From the NCBI GenBank assembly GCA_044229975.1, contig JBGARZ010000001.1, positions 736,001 to 800,000 of the forward strand: 64,000 bases of DNA, given 5' to 3'. Source of the stretch: Polyangiales bacterium (GTDB lineage Bacteria > Myxococcota_A > Polyangia > Polyangiales > Ga0077539). The number at the start of each line of letters is the position of its first letter. The stretch's first letter is position 1. Position numbers and translations under genes: made by a program. The notes beneath the pieces were generated by a model. The model was given only the letters and a program-made list of their open reading frames with translations, was not told the DNA's origin and made no database searches. This document shows, piece by piece, positions 59,774-64,000 of this stretch.

Positions 59774-60492
59774 TCGCGCTCTTCGCGCTGGTGATGGTGG
59801 CCATCGCGGTGGAGTCCGTGGTGGGCTTCGGCGCGACGGTGCTGACGCTCGCCGTGGGCGTGTGGCTCATGCCGGTGACGGAGCTGCTCCCGGCGTACAT
59901 CCCGGCCAACATGGTGCTGTCGGCGGCCATCGCGTGGAGCGATCGCAGGCTCATCGATCGGGCGCTCATCGGGCGGCGGGTGCTGCCGCTCGTGGGGGCG
60001 GGGCTGCTGGTGGGGCTGTGGCTGTATCGATACGCGGCGCGGCCGGAGTTACAGCGGGCCTTCGGGGTGATGGTGGTGCTCATCGGGCTCAACGAGCTGC
60101 GGCGGGTCCTATGGCCGCCGAAGGGGCCGGGCGCGGGCGCGGCGCTCGCCAACACGCTGCTGGTGACGGGCGGCGTGGCGCACGGGATCTTCGGCGTAGG
60201 CGGCGTTCTCATCGTGGCGGCGCTGGCGCGGGAGCGGCTGGAGAAGTCGACGCAGCGGGCGACGGCGGCGGCGCTGTGGCTGCTGATGAACGTCGCGATG
60301 CTGGCCAACTACGTGGTGCGCGGTGACCTCGGCGCGGCGTCGCTGCGGCGCACGGCGATGCTGCTGCCCGCGGTGGTGATCGGCGGCTGGGTCGGCAACG
60401 CGGTTCACCGGCGGGTGGCCGAGCGGCCCTTCCGGGTGGGCGTGGCGGTGGTGATGACGGTGGCGGGCGTGGCCGCGCTGCTCAAGCGATAA
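59770..60492 (+). CDS. TauE/SafE (TSUP) family transporter
   Basis: About 8 TM helices with VVGFG and GIFGVGG motifs. Confidence 0.8.
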   Translation: MIALFALVMVAIAVESVVGFGATVLTLAVGVWLMPVTELLPAYIPANMVLSAAIAWSDRRLIDRALIGRRVLPLVGAGLLVGLWLYRYAARPELQRAFGVMVVLIGLNELRRVLWPPKGPGAGAALANTLLVTGGVAHGIFGVGGVLIVAALARERLEKSTQRATAAALWLLMNVAMLANYVVRGDLGAASLRRTAMLLPAVVIGGWVGNAVHRRVAERPFRVGVAVVMTVAGVAALLKR

Positions 60493-60506
60493 GCGGGTGA
60501 GATGGT

Positions 60507-61340
60507 ATGTCCGATGAACCATTGGTGATATTGGGTTGTGGCTTCACCGGGCTGGCGGCGGCGCGCAAGGCGTTGGCAGCAGGGCGCACGGTGCGGGCGA
60601 CGGTGCGGAGCGAGACGGGTGGGGAAGCGCTGCGGGCGCTGGGGATTGAAGCGTGGGTCGGCGAGAGGCTCACCGCGGAGGTGGTGGAAGCGCTCATCGG
60701 GGACGGCGCGACGGTGCTGGCGACCTTTCCACCGGACGGGGTGACCGATGAGGCGGTGGCTGCGGCGACGCGGCGAGCGCGGGCCGTCGCGTATGTGTCG
60801 AGCGCGGGCGTGTACGGAGAGCGTACGGGGCGCATCGATGAGGAGACGCCGACCGATGCGCGCGACGCGAAGGCGGAGGGGCGGTTGAGGGCAGAGACGA
60901 CGTGGCGTGACGCGGGTGCGACGGCCCTACGCGCGGCGGGCATCTACGGGCCGTGGCGGGGCCTGCACCGGAGGCTGTTGGAGGGGAGCTATCGGGTTCC
61001 GGGCGATGGGTCGCGGGTGGTGTCGCGGGTGCACGTGGAGGACCTCGCGGCGATGGCGCTGGGCTGCCTGGAGAAGGGGCTGCGCGGGGAGGTGTTCGTG
61101 GCAGCGGACGACGCGCCGGTGCCGCAGGGCGAGGTGGTGCGCGGGCTGTGCGGGTGGCTCGGGTTGGCGCTGCCGGCGTCGGTGGCGTTGGGCGACGCGC
61201 CGGAGACGCTACGGCACGACCGGACGGTGGTGAACACGCGGGTGAAGCGCGTGCTCGGGATGACGCTGACGTATCCGAGCTGGCGAGAAGGCTTCGCGCA
61301 GTGCCTCGCGGCGGAGGGCGTCGTGGTGAAGGCGGGGTGA
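60507..61340 (+). CDS. NAD-dependent epimerase/dehydratase (atypical SDR, YeeZ-like)
   Basis: ILGCGFTG, YVSSAGVYG, LRAAGIYGP, SRVHVEDLA and YPSWREG. Confidence 0.88.
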   Translation: MSDEPLVILGCGFTGLAAARKALAAGRTVRATVRSETGGEALRALGIEAWVGERLTAEVVEALIGDGATVLATFPPDGVTDEAVAAATRRARAVAYVSSAGVYGERTGRIDEETPTDARDAKAEGRLRAETTWRDAGATALRAAGIYGPWRGLHRRLLEGSYRVPGDGSRVVSRVHVEDLAAMALGCLEKGLRGEVFVAADDAPVPQGEVVRGLCGWLGLALPASVALGDAPETLRHDRTVVNTRVKRVLGMTLTYPSWREGFAQCLAAEGVVVKAG

Positions 61341-61343
61341 TCG

Positions 61344-62255
61344 CTACCGCTTGCGGCGCCGTGACGTCTCCTCGGCTCCCCTGGGCGCAGCGCCTCCCTC
61401 GACCTCATCGGCCGCGTCGACCCGCGCGCCTGGCGCCAACACAGCATGAAGCACCCGCACCGCGGGCGATCGACCCATCGCGGACAGCGCCGCGGCCAAC
61501 ACCCGCGCGTGGCGGGCGACCAGCGCCCCCACGTCGGACTGAGCCCGCTGCGTGTCGAGTTCGAAGGCCGTCCCGTCGTCGCGCAGCAGCTCCAGGCGCA
61601 GCTCGTCGTGGCCGCGGCCGAAGACCAGCACCGCCAGTCCGAAGGCCACCGCCGCGACGTTGACCGCGGCGCTCCATCCCGCCACGACGCCACCGATCGC
61701 TGCCAGCGTCATCATCCCGCCGAACCTGTACGGCCCGCGCGTGTCGCGCGTCGCGGCAGGCCACATCCGCACCCGGATGCCGCGCACCTCCGACAGCGGC
61801 AGCGCGTCGTCTTCGTCCGCTCCGACGCGATGGATGACGTCGCCGTCGAGGCGGTACCGCGCGCCCACGATGTCGGTCGGGCGGCCGTCACCGAGCGACG
61901 CCTGTCGGTAGTGGATCACCGCCGCAGGCCGCGGGGCGCGCTCGCGCAACGACCCGGCGCACGGGGCGCAGAGCGACGTCGCGCCGAGGAGCTCGGCGAA
62001 GGCAACGTCTCCCCAGTCGTCTCGACCACACCACGCGCAGGCCTTGGGAGGCAGCATCAGCGGAGTGGCCCTCGGCGGACCCTTTCCTTCGACCAGCAGC
62101 AGCGACACGGACTCGAAGTACGGGCTCACGGTTGCGGCCCCGCGCAGCGCGGCGTCGATGGCGGCGAGGCAGCGCGGGCACACGGCCGCGGCATCCCCTG
62201 GGGCGCGGTGATGATCGGACTGGGCGTCGAGGGCGGCGCAGAACGAGCAGCGCAT
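61344..62255 (-). CDS. Hypothetical protein with two ClpX-like C4 zinc fingers and two TM helices
   Basis: MRCSFC...VCPRC and CAWC...LCAPC; start uncertain. Confidence 0.6.
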   Translation of the reverse strand: MRCSFCAALDAQSDHHRAPGDAAAVCPRCLAAIDAALRGAATVSPYFESVSLLLVEGKGPPRATPLMLPPKACAWCGRDDWGDVAFAELLGATSLCAPCAGSLRERAPRPAAVIHYRQASLGDGRPTDIVGARYRLDGDVIHRVGADEDDALPLSEVRGIRVRMWPAATRDTRGPYRFGGMMTLAAIGGVVAGWSAAVNVAAVAFGLAVLVFGRGHDELRLELLRDDGTAFELDTQRAQSDVGALVARHARVLAAALSAMGRSPAVRVLHAVLAPGARVDAADEVEGGAAPRGAEETSRRRKR

Positions 62256-62411
62256 CGGTGTACGGAACCGTTGTGCCAGACAGGCGGCCTGATGGGCGAC
62301 GGTTACTTGCCCTCGCGGTGGGCTTTTGCTACCGCCGGGTTCGCGATCGTTGCTCGCCATGATTGCCCGGTCGGTCGGGTGCAGGGGCCGCGGCGGCGGT
62401 CGACGGATGTC

Positions 62412-62687
62412 ATGGCGAAGCAGATCCATTGTCTGGTGCGAGGTCGGGTGCAGGGCGTCTTCTTCCGCTCGTCGACGCAGCGAGAGGCCAAGCGCCTCGG
62501 GCTGACGGGCTGGGTGAAGAACCTCGCCGATGGCACCGTGGAGGTCGTCGCCGAGGGCGAGGACGAGGCGCTGAGGGAGCTACTGGGATGGTTGCAGCGA
62601 GGTCCGACGGCGGCGCGGGTCGAGCGCGTGGACTCCCGATGGCGCGGGTACCTGGGCGAATGGGGATCGTTCTCCATCATCGACTGA
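62412..62687 (+). CDS. acyP: Acylphosphatase
   Basis: VRGRVQGVFFR...GLTGWVKNLADGTVEVVAEG...GP; 91 aa. Confidence 0.95.
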   Translation: MAKQIHCLVRGRVQGVFFRSSTQREAKRLGLTGWVKNLADGTVEVVAEGEDEALRELLGWLQRGPTAARVERVDSRWRGYLGEWGSFSIID

Positions 62688-64000
62688 CAGCCCTCGCGCT
62701 GACCGGGGCCCTCCTCGCGTGGGCTCCGTCCGTCCGCGCACAGCAGCCCGCGACGCCCGTTGCGACAGCGGCAGCCGTCGCCGATGAGTCCGTGGGGCGA
62801 ACCCCCGCCGAGCTCGACGCCATGCTCGGGCGACTCACCGATGGCAATGCGCGGGAGCGCCGCACCGCCGCCGACGAGATCATCCGCTCGCTGGAGCGCG
62901 AGGACATCCCGGTGATCCGGCAGCGCCTGCTCGCCCCGTGGCGCGTCGAGGTCGACCCGCTGCGATTGAAGATCGTCCGGCTCATTCGCGCTGCCACCGA
63001 CGGCCGCGAAAACGCCGAGTACGACCTGCTCACGCTCCTCATCAACGCCCCGCGGTCGGCCGACATCCAGGGCGCCGTCGAGCGGATCGTCTTGTGCCGC
63101 GCGCTCGGGACGATGCAGTCCGCCGACGCGGGCCGCGCCCTCGTCGCGCTCGCCCCGCAGTACGGCGCCATCTTCCGGCAGGAGATCGGGCGCGTGATCC
63201 GGGGACAGCTCCGCGACTACGCGCTGCCCGCGCTCATCGAGCTGCGCAACCCGTCGGAGATGATGCGGGTGTTCATGCGGCAGACGCGCGAGGCGCTGCG
63301 CAAGGTGACGCCGGGCGAGTCGGTGCAGCAGCACGACAACGCCCTGCTCGCGGAGATTCTCCGGGCGTACGGGTCGATCCGTCAGCCCGACGCGATGCAG
63401 GTGGCGGTGAGCTTCGTCAACAGCGACCGCGCGCAGGTGCGCGACGCCGCGCGGTGGGCCGTCACGCAGTACGGGCGCGAGTCCATCAACGCCCTGCGCT
63501 CGGCCTACGAGATGTACGAGGGCCACGACCCCAACCCGCAGTGGGGCTGGGAGCGCACGGCCACGGAGCTGTACCTCGCCAACGACCGGCGCCGCATGGC
63601 GGAGGTCACGCAGCGCCTCGACGCGGGCCTCGCCGCGGGCCGCGGTGGACGCCCGCAGGACATGCTCGGTCACTTCCGCTGGGTGCTCGCGCGACACCCC
63701 GACCTCGAACGTCGCGGCGAGATGGTGGCCCCGCTCATGGCCTACGCGCGCTCGCTGGAGTCCGAAGACGCGGCGCGGGCGCAAGCCGTGTGGCGGCTCG
63801 CGCTGTGGGTCGAGCCCGAGGGGACGCACGCGCGGGAGATTCGCGCGGCGGTGCTCTTCATCGAGGCCGAGCAGGCGATGGGGCGCGGCGTGGCCGACCC
63901 GGAGCTGTACGATGCCGTGCTGCGGGTCGATCCGAGCCACGCGCGGGCGCGGGCGCAGCGCTCGGTGGTGGCCCAGGACGAGGTGCTCCACTCGCGACGA
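62660..64000 (+). CDS. Secreted HEAT/TPR-repeat protein, runs off the right edge
   Basis: Not in the ORF track because no stop falls in the window. Manual translation: MGIVLHHRLTALALTGALLAWAPSVRAQQP...MLGRLTDGNARERRTAADEI...QVRDAARWAV; overlaps acyP by 28 nt. Confidence 0.75.
   Translation, partial: MGIVLHHRLTALALTGALLAWAPSVRAQQPATPVATAAAVADESVGRTPAELDAMLGRLTDGNARERRTAADEIIRSLEREDIPVIRQRLLAPWRVEVDPLRLKIVRLIRAATDGRENAEYDLLTLLINAPRSADIQGAVERIVLCRALGTMQSADAGRALVALAPQYGAIFRQEIGRVIRGQLRDYALPALIELRNPSEMMRVFMRQTREALRKVTPGESVQQHDNALLAEILRAYGSIRQPDAMQVAVSFVNSDRAQVRDAARWAVTQYGRESINALRSAYEMYEGHDPNPQWGWERTATELYLANDRRRMAEVTQRLDAGLAAGRGGRPQDMLGHFRWVLARHPDLERRGEMVAPLMAYARSLESEDAARAQAVWRLALWVEPEGTHAREIRAAVLFIEAEQAMGRGVADPELYDAVLRVDPSHARARAQRSVVAQDEVLHSRR

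Overview
Very GC-rich chromosomal window that looks myxobacterial (Polyangiales-like): many Cys-rich lipoproteins, MYXO-CTERM-like tails and DAG/DAS linkers. It holds about 54 genes and one tRNA-Arg(CCT); I saw no integrase, transposase or CRISPR-cas. Main points: (1) two paralogous three-gene modules (beta-barrel-like outer-membrane protein, ECF sigma factor, single-pass anti-sigma-like protein) at 4.6-7.1 kb and 40.3-42.7 kb. A promoter-like motif GAAG[G/C]-N17-CA[T/C]TC occurs five times with an exact 17-nt spacer: CATTC before sigma-1 and the divergent VTC/DUF4956 operon, CACTC before sigma-2 and two lipoprotein genes. (2) A phosphate/polyphosphate-themed cluster (VTC domain, DUF4956, exported PEP-utiliser-like protein, OprO/P-type porin, purple acid phosphatase). 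(3) An in-frame RsmD-CoaD fusion. (4) A reductase, MerR regulator and AurF-like diiron operon. (5) Two lipoproteins with variable Cys-rich N-termini and a C-terminal ferritin-like diiron domain, plus a chimeric deletion scar made of pieces of two local genes. (6) Non-coding repeats with 21-22 nt and 42-43 nt phasing upstream of orphan genes. Also present: CzcBA plus a TolC-like gene, PrkA, PrmC, an S9 peptidase, a PL1-like pectate lyase, a sphingosine-1-phosphate lyase-like enzyme and AcyP. Family calls come from motif recognition by eye, not from database searches.
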